Positions 46,523-55,978 are shown, counted from the stretch's first letter. The stretch is 61,739 bases of DNA from Actinomycetota bacterium (GCA_036000545.1 DASYVD010000050.1:1-61739), one strand, 5' to 3'. The notes: generated from the sequence alone by a model not told the origin. Program-made: numbers and translations.

Positions 46523-49500
46523 ATGGCCGCCTGTCCCTCGTGCGGCTCCGAGAACGCGCCCGCGGCACGGTTCTGTTCACACTGCGGGGCCTCTCTGGGC
46601 ATGGCCTGCGGCCGATGCGGGGAGGACCTGCCGCCCGACGCGCGATTCTGCCCGTCCTGTGGGCTCGAGCTGGCACCTGCCCCGGGAGGCGAGGAGCGCA
46701 AGCTCGTGACCATCCTCTTCGCCGACGTCACGGGGTCGACGGAGCTCGGGGAGCGACTCGACGCGGAACGCCTCCGGGAGGTGATGGACGCCTTTTTCGC
46801 CGCCATGAGGGAGGAGATCGAGGCCGAGGGGGGCACGGTCGAGAAGTTCATCGGCGACGCGGTGATGGCCGCGTTCGGCGTCCCCGTCGTACACGAGGAC
46901 GATCCGGCGAGAGCTCTTCGGGCCGCGCATCGGATGCGTCGAAGGCTGGGCCGCCTCAACCAGGAGCTGACGAGCTCTCACGGAGTCGAACTGTCGATGC
47001 GGCTCGGGGTGAACACCGGGGAGGTCCTTGCCGTGACCGCCCCCAAGCCCGGCGAGGCCATGGTGACCGGGGACGCAGTAAACGCGGCGGCCCGGCTCGA
47101 GCAAGCGGCAGAGCCGGGCCAGGTGCTGGTGGGAGAGCGGACGGCCCGAGCCGCCCGAGGGTTCCGGTTCCGGGAGGCGGGTCCGCTCGAGGTCAAAGGG
47201 AAATCCCAGCCGGTCTCCGCGTTCCTCCTTCTGGTCGAGGAGAAGGAAGAAGAGCCGGCACCGGCCGAACTCGAACGAGGGATCCCCGGCATCCGGGCAC
47301 CCCTGGTGGGTCGCGATGCCGAGATGGATCTCCTCTCCTCTCTCAGCGACCGCGTGGTCTCGGAGGGTAGGCCCCACCTGGTGACGATCTACGGTGATCC
47401 CGGGGTTGGCAAGAGCCGGCTCGTGGCGGAGTTCGTCGCCCGGGTGGAGGAACAGCAACCCTCACCGACTGTGGTCCGGGGCCGGTGCCTTCCCTACGGC
47501 GAAGGTGTGACGTTCTGGCCCGTGGCGGAGATCCTCAAGGGTCTCGCCGGAGTCCTCGACACGGATCCGCCCGAGCTCGCGCTGAAGAAGATCGGCAAGC
47601 TCGGGCGGGAGTTCCTCACGCCGGAGGTCGCTACAGATCCGCGCCGAGCCACGGCTGCGCTGGCATTCACCGTTGGCATCGAGGACCCCAGCATCGTCTT
47701 CCGTGACCTCCCCCCCAGAGAAGTGCAGACCGAGACGCACGCGGCCTGGCGATCGTTCTTCTCAGCCCTCTCGAAGGAGCGCCCGCTGGTCGTCATCGTC
47801 GAGGACATCCACTGGGCCGGATCTGCGATGCTCGATCTCCTCGACGACCTGGCGGAGCATGTCGAGGGACCTGTGATGTTCGTCTGCCCGACTCGTCCGG
47901 AGCTGACCGATAGGCAGGCGGAATGGGGAGGCGGGAAGCGGAACTTCTCGAGCATCTCTCTGCTGCCGTTGTCGGCTGCGGAGTCGGAACGGCTGGTTGG
48001 CCTGCTGGTCGCGGTGGAGGATCTCCCCGAACAGCTGCGCCGCCGGATCCTCGATCGTGCCGAGGGCAATCCGTTCTTCCTCGAGGAGATCGTCCGGCAG
48101 CTTGTAGATGAGGGCCGGCTCGTTCCGGAGGACGGGCGGTGGCGGATCACCGGGGACCTCGTCGACATCGCCATCCCAGACACGATCCAGGCCGTCCTGG
48201 CGGCTCGGATCGACCTCCTCCAGCAGGACGACAAGCGTGCGTTGCAGTTCGCCGCGGTGGTCGGGCGAGTGTTCTGGCCCGGACCCGTGGAGATCCTCTT
48301 GGGCCGGACGGAGGGCCTAGAGGACACGCTGGACCGGCTGGAGCGCAAGGAGCTCGTTCTCTCGCGGCTGGGCTCGTCGATGGCCGGGCAGCGAGAGTAC
48401 ATCTTCAAGCACGTCCTGACGCGGGACGTGGCGTTCGAGAGCCTTCCGCGGCGCGAGCGTGCGGCCGCTCACCGCCTGCTGGCCGGATGGATTGAGGACA
48501 CGGTGGGCGAGCGGAAGCTCGAGTTCGTGGAGCTGCTGGCCCACCACTTCGTTGAGGCGTATCGCCTGGCGGTGGAAGGCCCCCGCATCCTCGAGTCCCG
48601 CCGAGGAGCGGGCGAGGCCGCGGGGACCGTCGACCTCGTTGAGGAGCTCCGCAGGAAAGCCCTCGAGTATCTCCTGCTCGCGTCGGAGGACGCCCGGTGG
48701 AAGTCGGCCTTGAAGAAGGCTATCCACCTCGCGGAGCAGGCGGTCGAGTTGGCCCAGGGCGACGTGGAGCGCGCCGTCGCGCTGGAAGCCCTCGGAGAGG
48801 CATACAACTTCGACTACCAGGGCGACCTGGCCTGGGAGCAGCTGACCCGGGCCATCGATACACGGCTGTCGGGAGTCCCCGACGACCGCCGGGCCATCGC
48901 GGATCTGTGCGGCAGGGCTACCGAGATCCCTCTTCGGTGGACAGGGACGATGAAGAAGAAGCCCGAGGAGAGCGATGTCAGGAAATACTTGGAAATCGGG
49001 CTGGAACACGCGGGTGAAGGCGACAGCGATGAGCTGGCCCGGCTGCTCGCGGTGCGTGCTTTCTCGCCCTGGGCGGCCGCGCGTCAGCGGCGGGTAACAG
49101 AGGAGGAGCGACGTGAGGCGATCGCCGACGGGGAGCGAGCTGCCGAGATGGCCCTCCGCTTGGGGCGCCCGGCGCTCGCGTCCGGCGCCCTCGACGCGGT
49201 CGCGGGAGTACACCTGAGCGAGGGACTGTCCGGCGCTGCTCTTCGCGTCACCGAGCGAAGGCTGGCGCTCCTCCCGGCATTGGAAAGGGATCCTTCCGAG
49301 GTCGGTGACATGTACAGCGTACTCGCCTGGCACCACTGCTTCATCGGGCGCTACCGGGATGCCCTCGCGCACGCCACCGAGGGATTCGAGCGGACCAAGC
49401 AGTTCGGGACGTCCGGTGCCCTCCACTCCCTCGCCTGGGGATGCATCGCTCGGGTTCGACTGGGCGACTGGGACGGGTTCTTCGCAGACTTCGCCCGCAT

Positions 49501-50173
49501 CCAGGAGATCCTCGGCGATCGAAGCGCGGACCCTCCCGGATTTGCCGCGCGGCCCTTTGCCGCCGCGGCCTTCATCCACGAGGTTCAGGGGAACCGGGTC
49601 GCAGCGGACCGTTTCCTGTCCATCGTGGCGAAGTCCGACGAGCGGGAGGAGATTGGGGCCACGGCCCGAGACGCCTGGGTGGCCATGGTGCGCATGCGCC
49701 GCGGGGAGCTCGAGGACCCCCTGGCTCGTCTGTGGAAGCCGCAGCTCGAGACCTGGAAAGAGGCGCTCCCGCCCATCATGGAAGCCCGATGCGACTTCCT
49801 GGCCGAGGCGGGGGGATGGGAGGAAGTCGCTACCTTCCTCGAGGGTGCGCGGGCGTTCGCGCGGGAGGCGGGCCTCCTTGCTCTGCCGTTCTTCGCCGAC
49901 CGGTTGGAAGGTCGCGCCGCGCTTGCCGCCGGGCGCCGGCTAGTGGCGGAAAACACGCTCAAGCGTGCGGCGGAGGGATTCGCCTCGCTCGAAGCGGCCT
50001 GGGAGGAAGCACGCACCCGCCTCTATCTCGCTGAAGCCCTCCTGACCGCCAGGCGGATCGCCGAGGCCCGCGAGGAGATCGAGAAGGCCTATCCCGTCTT
50101 CGAGCGGCTTCAGTCGGTCAAGGAGCTGGCCCGCTGCCGCGAGCTGCTGGCCAGGGAGGGTCTGAGCCTCTAG
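46523..50173 (+). CDS. Double zinc ribbon + class III nucleotide cyclase + P-loop STAND/AAA ATPase + TPR protein (paralog 2)
   Basis: 1216 aa. CPSCGSENAPAARFCSHCG...CGRCGEDLPPDARFCPSCG; RKLVTILFADVTGST, EKFIGDAVMAAFG, GDAVNAAARLE; GDPGVGKSRLV; VVIVEDIHWAG; long helical-repeat C-terminus. Confidence 0.85.
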   Translation: MAACPSCGSENAPAARFCSHCGASLGMACGRCGEDLPPDARFCPSCGLELAPAPGGEERKLVTILFADVTGSTELGERLDAERLREVMDAFFAAMREEIEAEGGTVEKFIGDAVMAAFGVPVVHEDDPARALRAAHRMRRRLGRLNQELTSSHGVELSMRLGVNTGEVLAVTAPKPGEAMVTGDAVNAAARLEQAAEPGQVLVGERTARAARGFRFREAGPLEVKGKSQPVSAFLLLVEEKEEEPAPAELERGIPGIRAPLVGRDAEMDLLSSLSDRVVSEGRPHLVTIYGDPGVGKSRLVAEFVARVEEQQPSPTVVRGRCLPYGEGVTFWPVAEILKGLAGVLDTDPPELALKKIGKLGREFLTPEVATDPRRATAALAFTVGIEDPSIVFRDLPPREVQTETHAAWRSFFSALSKERPLVVIVEDIHWAGSAMLDLLDDLAEHVEGPVMFVCPTRPELTDRQAEWGGGKRNFSSISLLPLSAAESERLVGLLVAVEDLPEQLRRRILDRAEGNPFFLEEIVRQLVDEGRLVPEDGRWRITGDLVDIAIPDTIQAVLAARIDLLQQDDKRALQFAAVVGRVFWPGPVEILLGRTEGLEDTLDRLERKELVLSRLGSSMAGQREYIFKHVLTRDVAFESLPRRERAAAHRLLAGWIEDTVGERKLEFVELLAHHFVEAYRLAVEGPRILESRRGAGEAAGTVDLVEELRRKALEYLLLASEDARWKSALKKAIHLAEQAVELAQGDVERAVALEALGEAYNFDYQGDLAWEQLTRAIDTRLSGVPDDRRAIADLCGRATEIPLRWTGTMKKKPEESDVRKYLEIGLEHAGEGDSDELARLLAVRAFSPWAAARQRRVTEEERREAIADGERAAEMALRLGRPALASGALDAVAGVHLSEGLSGAALRVTERRLALLPALERDPSEVGDMYSVLAWHHCFIGRYRDALAHATEGFERTKQFGTSGALHSLAWGCIARVRLGDWDGFFADFARIQEILGDRSADPPGFAARPFAAAAFIHEVQGNRVAADRFLSIVAKSDEREEIGATARDAWVAMVRMRRGELEDPLARLWKPQLETWKEALPPIMEARCDFLAEAGGWEEVATFLEGARAFAREAGLLALPFFADRLEGRAALAAGRRLVAENTLKRAAEGFASLEAAWEEARTRLYLAEALLTARRIAEAREEIEKAYPVFERLQSVKELARCRELLAREGLSL

Positions 50174-50724
50174 CCGTCGCGCTCCCGGCTCGGTTCCTCT
50201 GGGCCGCCGGCCTGCCATCGGGCCAGCACGAACAGGAAGTCCGACAGCCGGTTCAGGTACCTAAGCGCTTCGGGGTTCACTTCCCCCCCCGATGCCTGGA
50301 GGTCCACCGCCCGGCGCTCGGCCCGGCGGACCACCGTGCGGGCAACGTCCAGGGCCGCCGACACCCGCGTGGCTCCCGGGACCACGAACTCTCCCGGGAG
50401 GGGGTGGTCCTCGACGGTCTCGTCTATCGCTCGCTCCAGTGCTTCCACCATCTCCGCGGTGACCAGGGAGACTCCCGGCCGGAGCTTGCCCCGCTGGGAG
50501 GGGTTCGTGGCCAGGTCTGCTCCCACCACGAACAGGTCCCGCTGAACGCCCAGGAGGATCGCCTGGAGCGCGGGCTGGTTCGAGAGGGCCCGAGCCAGGC
50601 CGATCGCCGCCACGGCTTCGTCCGCGGTGCCGTACGCCTCGGCGGCGGGATCGGCCTTGGAGACGCGTCCGCCGTACAGCAGCCCGGTGGTGCCGTCGTC
50701 CCCGGACCGTGTGTAGATGCGCAT
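50170..50724 (-). CDS. PduO-type ATP:cob(I)alamin adenosyltransferase
   Basis: MRIYTRSGDDGTTGLLYGGRVSKADPAAEAYGTADE..., RRAERR..., YLNRLSDFLFVLAR. Confidence 0.88.
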   Translation of the reverse strand: MRIYTRSGDDGTTGLLYGGRVSKADPAAEAYGTADEAVAAIGLARALSNQPALQAILLGVQRDLFVVGADLATNPSQRGKLRPGVSLVTAEMVEALERAIDETVEDHPLPGEFVVPGATRVSAALDVARTVVRRAERRAVDLQASGGEVNPEALRYLNRLSDFLFVLARWQAGGPEEPSRERDG

Positions 50725-50770
50725 GCCCGGCTAGGATAGCGCCGCAGGGCTCAGCGCCCGGGTTACACGC

Positions 50771-50799
50771 TTGTTCTTTGCGTTACGTAATGCTAGGAT
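50771..50799 (+). promoter_or_regulatory. Candidate promoter TTGTTC-17 nt-TAGGAT in an AT-rich patch upstream of dapA
   Basis: -35-like 50771-50776 and -10-like 50794-50799. The spacer contains the palindrome TTACGTAA. A GC-rich leader of about 115 nt follows, then SD AAGGAGG. Confidence 0.4.
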
Positions 50800-50919
50800 G
50801 CCGGCAGCGGGGCGGGCCGGCCGGGCAAGGCGGGACGCCCGACCGGGGCCCGGCCGGACCCCGCGAAGAGCGCCGCCGGCCGGAACCGGTCCCCACCCCG
50901 GGGAAGCAAGGAGGTAGCG

Positions 50920-51804
50920 ATGGCCGGCAGGTTCGGCTCGGTGATCACCGCGATGGTCACCCCCTTCAAGGACGACGGCTCCCTCGACCTGGACCAGGCG
51001 CAGGAGCTGGTGCGCTGGCTTTTGGACCACGGAAGCGATGGGCTGGTGATCGCGGGATCCACCGGCGAGGCGGCGACGCTCTCGGATGACGAGAAGACGA
51101 GTCTCTGGCGGGCCGCTGTCGACGCCGCGAAGGGCAAGGGCGCGATCATCGCGGGAAGCGGCACGTACGACACACGCCACTCGATCCACCTCACCGAGGA
51201 GGCCGAGAAGGCCGGCTGTGACGCCCTCCTGGTGGTGTCGCCTTACTACAACAAGCCCCCCCAGTCGGGTCTGTTCGAGCATTTCTCGGCTGTGGCGAAG
51301 GCGACGTCGCTGCCCATGCTCGTCTACAACATCCCCGGACGCACGGCCGTCCGCATCTCCAACGACACGCTGCTGCGGCTGGCTCGGGTGGAAAACATCG
51401 TCGGAGTGAAGGACTCCACGGCCGACTTCGACGGTCTCTCGCACCTGATCGCCGAGGCCCCCGAGGGTTTCGAGGTGTACACCGGCGACGACTGGGCCAC
51501 CTTCGGCTCGGTGTGCCTGGGCGCGGTGGGGGTCATCTCCGTGGCTGCCCACGTGGCGGGCCAGCGGATGAAGCAGATGATCGACCTGATCGAGGGAGGC
51601 GACGTCGCGGCCGCGCGGAAGATCCATCACGAGCTGCTTCCCGTGTACGACGCGCTGTTCCATACAACCAATCCAATCCCGGTGAAGTCGGCCATGGCAT
51701 TGATCGGCAACCCCGCCGGCCCCCCGCGTCTTCCGCTCGTCCCCGCCACGGACGAGGAGACGGCGAAGATCCGGAAGGCCCTGGAGGATGCCGGGATCCT
51801 CTAG
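50920..51804 (+). CDS. dapA: 4-hydroxy-tetrahydrodipicolinate synthase
   Basis: GSVITAMVTPFKDDGSLD, GLVIAGSTGEAATLS, PYYNKP, YNIPGRT, VGVKDS. Confidence 0.95.
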   Translation: MAGRFGSVITAMVTPFKDDGSLDLDQAQELVRWLLDHGSDGLVIAGSTGEAATLSDDEKTSLWRAAVDAAKGKGAIIAGSGTYDTRHSIHLTEEAEKAGCDALLVVSPYYNKPPQSGLFEHFSAVAKATSLPMLVYNIPGRTAVRISNDTLLRLARVENIVGVKDSTADFDGLSHLIAEAPEGFEVYTGDDWATFGSVCLGAVGVISVAAHVAGQRMKQMIDLIEGGDVAAARKIHHELLPVYDALFHTTNPIPVKSAMALIGNPAGPPRLPLVPATDEETAKIRKALEDAGIL

Positions 51805-53443
51805 GCTCGTCTTCCTTGGCGGTCTCGGGGAGGTCGGTCGGAACATGGCCTGCCTCGAGATGGACGGCCAGGTCCTGGTGATCGACGCGGGCCTGTCGTT
51901 CCCAACGGAGGACATGCCGGGCATTGACCTGGTCCTCCCAGACTTCGAGTACTTGCGGGAACGCAAGGACCGGATAGCCGGCGTTGTGCTCACCCACGGC
52001 CACGAGGACCACGTCGGGGCGCTGGCGTTCATCCTGCGCGAGATGCGGCTCGACGTCTGGGCCACGCCGCTTACCAGGGGTCTACTTGGTCCGAAGCTGG
52101 AAGAGCACGGCGTGACCGGGAACGTCACGTTCCACGAGGTGAGCGCGGGAGACGAGACGGGGATCGGGCCGTTCCGTGTTCGCTTCCACCGGGTCACGCA
52201 CTCGATTCCCGACGGCGTGGCCTTGGCGGTCGACACGCCGCATGGCGTGATCCTGCACTCGGGAGACTTCAAGCTCGACCCCACGCCGATCGACGGGAAG
52301 CTCACCGATCTGGCCGGGCTGGCCGAGGAAGCGCGCCGGGGCGTGCATCTCTTCCTGTCGGACTCCACCAACGCGGAGGATCCCGGCGTGGTGGACAGCG
52401 AGCGCACGGTGGGCCCCGAGCTGCTCGACATCTTCTCGGACGCCCAACGCCTCATCGTCACGGCCTGCTTCGCCAGCCACATCCACCGGATCCAGCAGAT
52501 CTGCGACGCCGCCCGGGCAGTGAACCGGAAGGTGGTGTTCATCGGCCGGAGCATGAACCAGTCGACATCCGCCGCTCGGGCCCTCGGGTATCTCCACGTC
52601 CCCGATGAAGACATCGTGGAGCTGGAGCGGCTTCCACAGACCTCGCCCCGCGACATCGTGGTGGTCTGCACGGGAAGCCAGGGGGAGCCCCTCTCGGCGC
52701 TTGCTCTCATGGCGGCGCACGAGCACAAGTGGGTCAAGCTCGAGGAAGGCGACACGGTGGTGCTCTCGTCCTCGATGATCCCCGGCAACGAAGTGAACAT
52801 CCACCGAACCATCGACGGTCTGTACCGGACGGGGGCGGACGTCTACCACCATGGGATCTCGCACGTGCACGTCTCCGGGCACGCGGCCGCCGCCGAGCTG
52901 CAGCTGATGCTCAACCTGGTGCGGCCGAGATGGTTCATCCCCATCCACGGCGAGCGGCGACACCTGGCCCACCACGCCCGGCTCGCCAGGGAGGTGGGGA
53001 TCCCCGCCCAGCGCATCTTGATCTGCGAGGACGGCGACGTGGTGGAGATCGACGAGCAGGTCCGGCTGACCGATCGGGTGCAGTCGGGCATGGTTCTCGT
53101 GGACGGGTTGGGGATCGGGGACGTGGGAGAGCTGATCCTGCGCGATCGCCGGCGGCTGGCCGGCGACGGGGTGGCTATCGTCGTGGTCACGGCGGACGCG
53201 CACAGCGGCGAGGTCCTGGCGGGACCCGACGTCATCACCCGCGGGTTCATCGAGGGTGAGGCCTCCGAGGAGATCCTGGAGGAAGCCCGTCATCGGGTGC
53301 TCCTCTCGCTCAAGGAGGTCGAGGAGGAGGCCGTGGGGGACCCCAATATCCTGAAACAGCACATCCGGCGAACGCTTGGTCGCTATTTCTTCGAAGCGAT
53401 TGGCCGGAAACCGATGATCGTTCCCGTCATCATGGAGGTCTGA
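51788..53443 (+). CDS. rnj: Ribonuclease J
   Basis: LVFLGGLGEVGRNMACLE, THGHEDHVGA (metallo-beta-lactamase HxHxDH), beta-CASP and C-terminal domain. dapA-rnj synteny. Confidence 0.94.
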   Translation: MPGSSRLVFLGGLGEVGRNMACLEMDGQVLVIDAGLSFPTEDMPGIDLVLPDFEYLRERKDRIAGVVLTHGHEDHVGALAFILREMRLDVWATPLTRGLLGPKLEEHGVTGNVTFHEVSAGDETGIGPFRVRFHRVTHSIPDGVALAVDTPHGVILHSGDFKLDPTPIDGKLTDLAGLAEEARRGVHLFLSDSTNAEDPGVVDSERTVGPELLDIFSDAQRLIVTACFASHIHRIQQICDAARAVNRKVVFIGRSMNQSTSAARALGYLHVPDEDIVELERLPQTSPRDIVVVCTGSQGEPLSALALMAAHEHKWVKLEEGDTVVLSSSMIPGNEVNIHRTIDGLYRTGADVYHHGISHVHVSGHAAAAELQLMLNLVRPRWFIPIHGERRHLAHHARLAREVGIPAQRILICEDGDVVEIDEQVRLTDRVQSGMVLVDGLGIGDVGELILRDRRRLAGDGVAIVVVTADAHSGEVLAGPDVITRGFIEGEASEEILEEARHRVLLSLKEVEEEAVGDPNILKQHIRRTLGRYFFEAIGRKPMIVPVIMEV

Positions 53444-53472
53444 GGCCGCCCACTCCGCGCGGCGGCACCGGA

Positions 53473-53538
53473 CGGGGGTCCGGGGGGTAGCTCGCCCGAG
53501 GCGGGAAACCGCCGGGAAGAGACAGCGAGCGTACCCCC
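53473..53538 (+). repeat. Family-B structured repeat, copy B2 (rnj | ftsK spacer), bracketed by 9-nt direct repeats
   Basis: CGGGGGTCCGGGGGGTAGCTCGCCC GAGGCGGGAAACCGCCGGGAAG AGACAGCGAGCGTACCCCC. GGGGGTAGCTCGC (53483-53495) pairs with GCGAGCGTACCCCC (53525-53538). Inner GGCGG-GAAA-CCGCC hairpin (53500-53513). GGCACCGGA at 53464-53472 and 53539-53547. Confidence 0.7.
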
Positions 53539-53577
53539 GGCACCGGATGGGTCTGACCCCCCGGGGGAGGTTGGACG

Positions 53578-55803
53578 TTGGCGACGAAGCGCAAGAAGAA
53601 GCCGAAGTCCAGAGAGCGGGCCGGCGCGATCTCAGGCGCCGGCCGAAAGGTCGTCGAGCACCTCGGGCCCCAGATCGCCGATGCCGTGGGGATCGGGCTG
53701 ATGGTGCTGGCGGCGCTGTCCGTACTGGGGCTGTGGCTCGACGCGGCGGGCCCGGTGGGCCGGTTCCTGTCGGTCCTCGTGCTGGGCACCTTCGGCGTGG
53801 CTGGATACGCCTTTCCGCTGGTGGCTCTGTGGTGGGGCCTGGTCCTGGTCCGAGGGACCGTCCGCGAGGAGCGCGGGAGGATGCTGCTGGGCCTGTGGTT
53901 CGCCGCCATGGGCGGGCTGGGGCTGGTGTCTCTTCTCCGCGGCAATCCCAGTCCGGCCTCGGGGCTGTCGGGGTTCGGCGATGCCGGGGGGCTCGTGGGC
54001 GCGCTGGTCGCGTGGCCGCTGTCCCGTCTCCTGTCCGGGTACGGCGCCGCCATCGTCTGCGTGGGCCTGTTCGTGTTGGGCGTTCTGGTGTTCACCGCCA
54101 CCCCGCTGGCGTCGGTGGGCCGCGCGCTGAAGGACTTCTTCATCGAGGAGCCCGAAGAGGCCTCCATTCCTGAGGACGACGACGAGGAAGAGGAAGAGCG
54201 GCCCCGTCGGAGGCGCCGGTGGCGGCGAGCCGTCACCGCTGAGGAGCCGGAGGTCCTTGATCTGTCGGACCTCGAGGCGGAAGAGGAAGAGGGTGAACCC
54301 GTCGCGTCCCCGATTGCGGTGAAGCTTCCCAAGGTCACCGGCAGGGGGTACAAGCTGCCGCCGCCCGACCTACTTCGGAAGGCGCCGCCGTCGGCGGGGG
54401 GAGGGCGAGACGAGCAGGAGGTCATCGCCGCGCTTGAGCGTACCCTTCGGAACTTCGGTGTCGCGGCGTCGGTGAAGGGGGCGACTCGCGGGCCGACGGT
54501 CACGCTATACGAGGTGGAGGTGGCCGCGGGGACGAAGGTCAACAAGGTCCTGGCGCTGGCCGACGACATCGCCTACGCGTTGGCCACGCCGGACGTGCGG
54601 ATCATCGCACCCATCCCCGGGAAGTCTGCCATCGGCATCGAGGTCCCCAACAAGGTCCGGGACTTCGTGATGCTCGGTGATGTGGTGGTCTCGCGGACCG
54701 CCAAAGAGGACCGGCATCCGCTGTCGGTCGGCCTGGGGAAGGACATCCACGGTCGGGCGGTGCTGTGCCACCTCAACCAGATGCCTCACCTGCTCATCGC
54801 CGGGGCGACCGGTGCCGGGAAGTCGTCACTCATCAACGCCTTCGTCACGTCCGTGTTGATGCGGGCGACGCCCGAGCAGGTTCGCATGGTCCTGATCGAT
54901 CCCAAGCGCGTGGAGTTGTCGCACTTCGCGGATCTCCCTCACCTGCTCTCGCCGGTGATCGTGCACCCGAAGCGGGCGGCCGAGGCCCTCGGCTGGGTGG
55001 TCCGGGAGATGGAGGCACGCTACGAGTCGCTGGCCACCGTGGGAATGCGCGACATCGACACGTACAACGCCACGCTCGCCGAAGGGACGCTGCGCATCCC
55101 CCCGGGCCGGGAAGCGGACTTCCAGCCCCTCCCCTACATCCTGGTGATCATCGACGAGTTGGCCGATCTGATGATGGTCGCTCCCCGCGACGTGGAGGAC
55201 GCCATCTGCCGGATCGCCCAGATGGCCCGGGCGGTGGGCATCCACCTGGTGGTGGCGACGCAGCGGCCCTCGGTGGACGTCGTCACGGGACTGATCAAGG
55301 CCAACATCCCGTCACGGATCGCATTCATGACCGCGAGTCAGGCCGACTCCCGGGTGATCCTGGACGTTGGGGGCGCGGAGAAGCTCGTCGGGCATGGAGA
55401 CTTGCTGTTCCTGCCTTCTTCGGCGTCGAAACCGCACCGGATCCAGGGCGCCTGGGTGACCGAGAAGGAGATCGAGGAGGTCGCCGAATGGGTCCGCAAG
55501 CAGCGGGAACCCGAGTACGTCCAGGGGATCGAGGGCCTGGGCAAGCCCCCGGCCGACGACGAGGACGGCTTCGAGGGCGATGACCCTCTCCTCGAGCAGG
55601 CCGCGGAGCTGGTGATCCGGTCGCAGCTCGGCTCGACCTCGATGCTTCAGCGGAAGCTGAAGGTGGGCTTCGCACGCGCAGGCCGGATCATGGACCTGCT
55701 GGAGGAACGGGGGATGGTGGGCCCGTCGCAGGGCTCGAAGCCGCGAGACGTCCTGATGACCTGGGACGAGTGGGCTGAGAGCCGGAGCCGGGCCGGAGCG
55801 TAG
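53578..55803 (+). CDS. ftsK: DNA translocase FtsK
   Basis: TTG start 8 nt after GGAGG. 4 N-terminal TM, acidic linker, IAGATGAGKSSLIN Walker A, YILVIIDELADLMM Walker B, C-terminal gamma domain (STSMLQRKLKVGFARAGRIMDLLE). Confidence 0.94.
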   Translation: MATKRKKKPKSRERAGAISGAGRKVVEHLGPQIADAVGIGLMVLAALSVLGLWLDAAGPVGRFLSVLVLGTFGVAGYAFPLVALWWGLVLVRGTVREERGRMLLGLWFAAMGGLGLVSLLRGNPSPASGLSGFGDAGGLVGALVAWPLSRLLSGYGAAIVCVGLFVLGVLVFTATPLASVGRALKDFFIEEPEEASIPEDDDEEEEERPRRRRRWRRAVTAEEPEVLDLSDLEAEEEEGEPVASPIAVKLPKVTGRGYKLPPPDLLRKAPPSAGGGRDEQEVIAALERTLRNFGVAASVKGATRGPTVTLYEVEVAAGTKVNKVLALADDIAYALATPDVRIIAPIPGKSAIGIEVPNKVRDFVMLGDVVVSRTAKEDRHPLSVGLGKDIHGRAVLCHLNQMPHLLIAGATGAGKSSLINAFVTSVLMRATPEQVRMVLIDPKRVELSHFADLPHLLSPVIVHPKRAAEALGWVVREMEARYESLATVGMRDIDTYNATLAEGTLRIPPGREADFQPLPYILVIIDELADLMMVAPRDVEDAICRIAQMARAVGIHLVVATQRPSVDVVTGLIKANIPSRIAFMTASQADSRVILDVGGAEKLVGHGDLLFLPSSASKPHRIQGAWVTEKEIEEVAEWVRKQREPEYVQGIEGLGKPPADDEDGFEGDDPLLEQAAELVIRSQLGSTSMLQRKLKVGFARAGRIMDLLEERGMVGPSQGSKPRDVLMTWDEWAESRSRAGA

Positions 55804-55859
55804 CTCACGGCGGGCGCCTTCCTCGTTAGGGTGAATCCGGGACGACGAGGAGGCGAACC

Positions 55860-55978
55860 ATGGACAATCCCGTGGTGCACTTCGCGTCTACGGGCCCGAC
55901 GACGTCAGCCCTGACTTGAAGAGCGGAGCGTTCCGGGACCCCGCGGAAAACATCTTCGGCGTGTATCAGTCGAAATAA
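55860..55978 (+). pseudogene. Collapsed remnant of a VOC/glyoxalase-family gene (N- and C-terminal strands only, plus a frameshift)
   Basis: SD GAGGAGG, then ATG. Frame 1 reads MDNPVVHF... and stops at 55917. The -1 frame reads VYGPDDVSPDLKSGAFRDPAENIFGVYQSK* (TAA 55976-55978). VVHFE.Y and F.DP.GN.FG are the first and last strand motifs of VOC proteins, and about 80 internal codones are missing. Confidence 0.5.
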
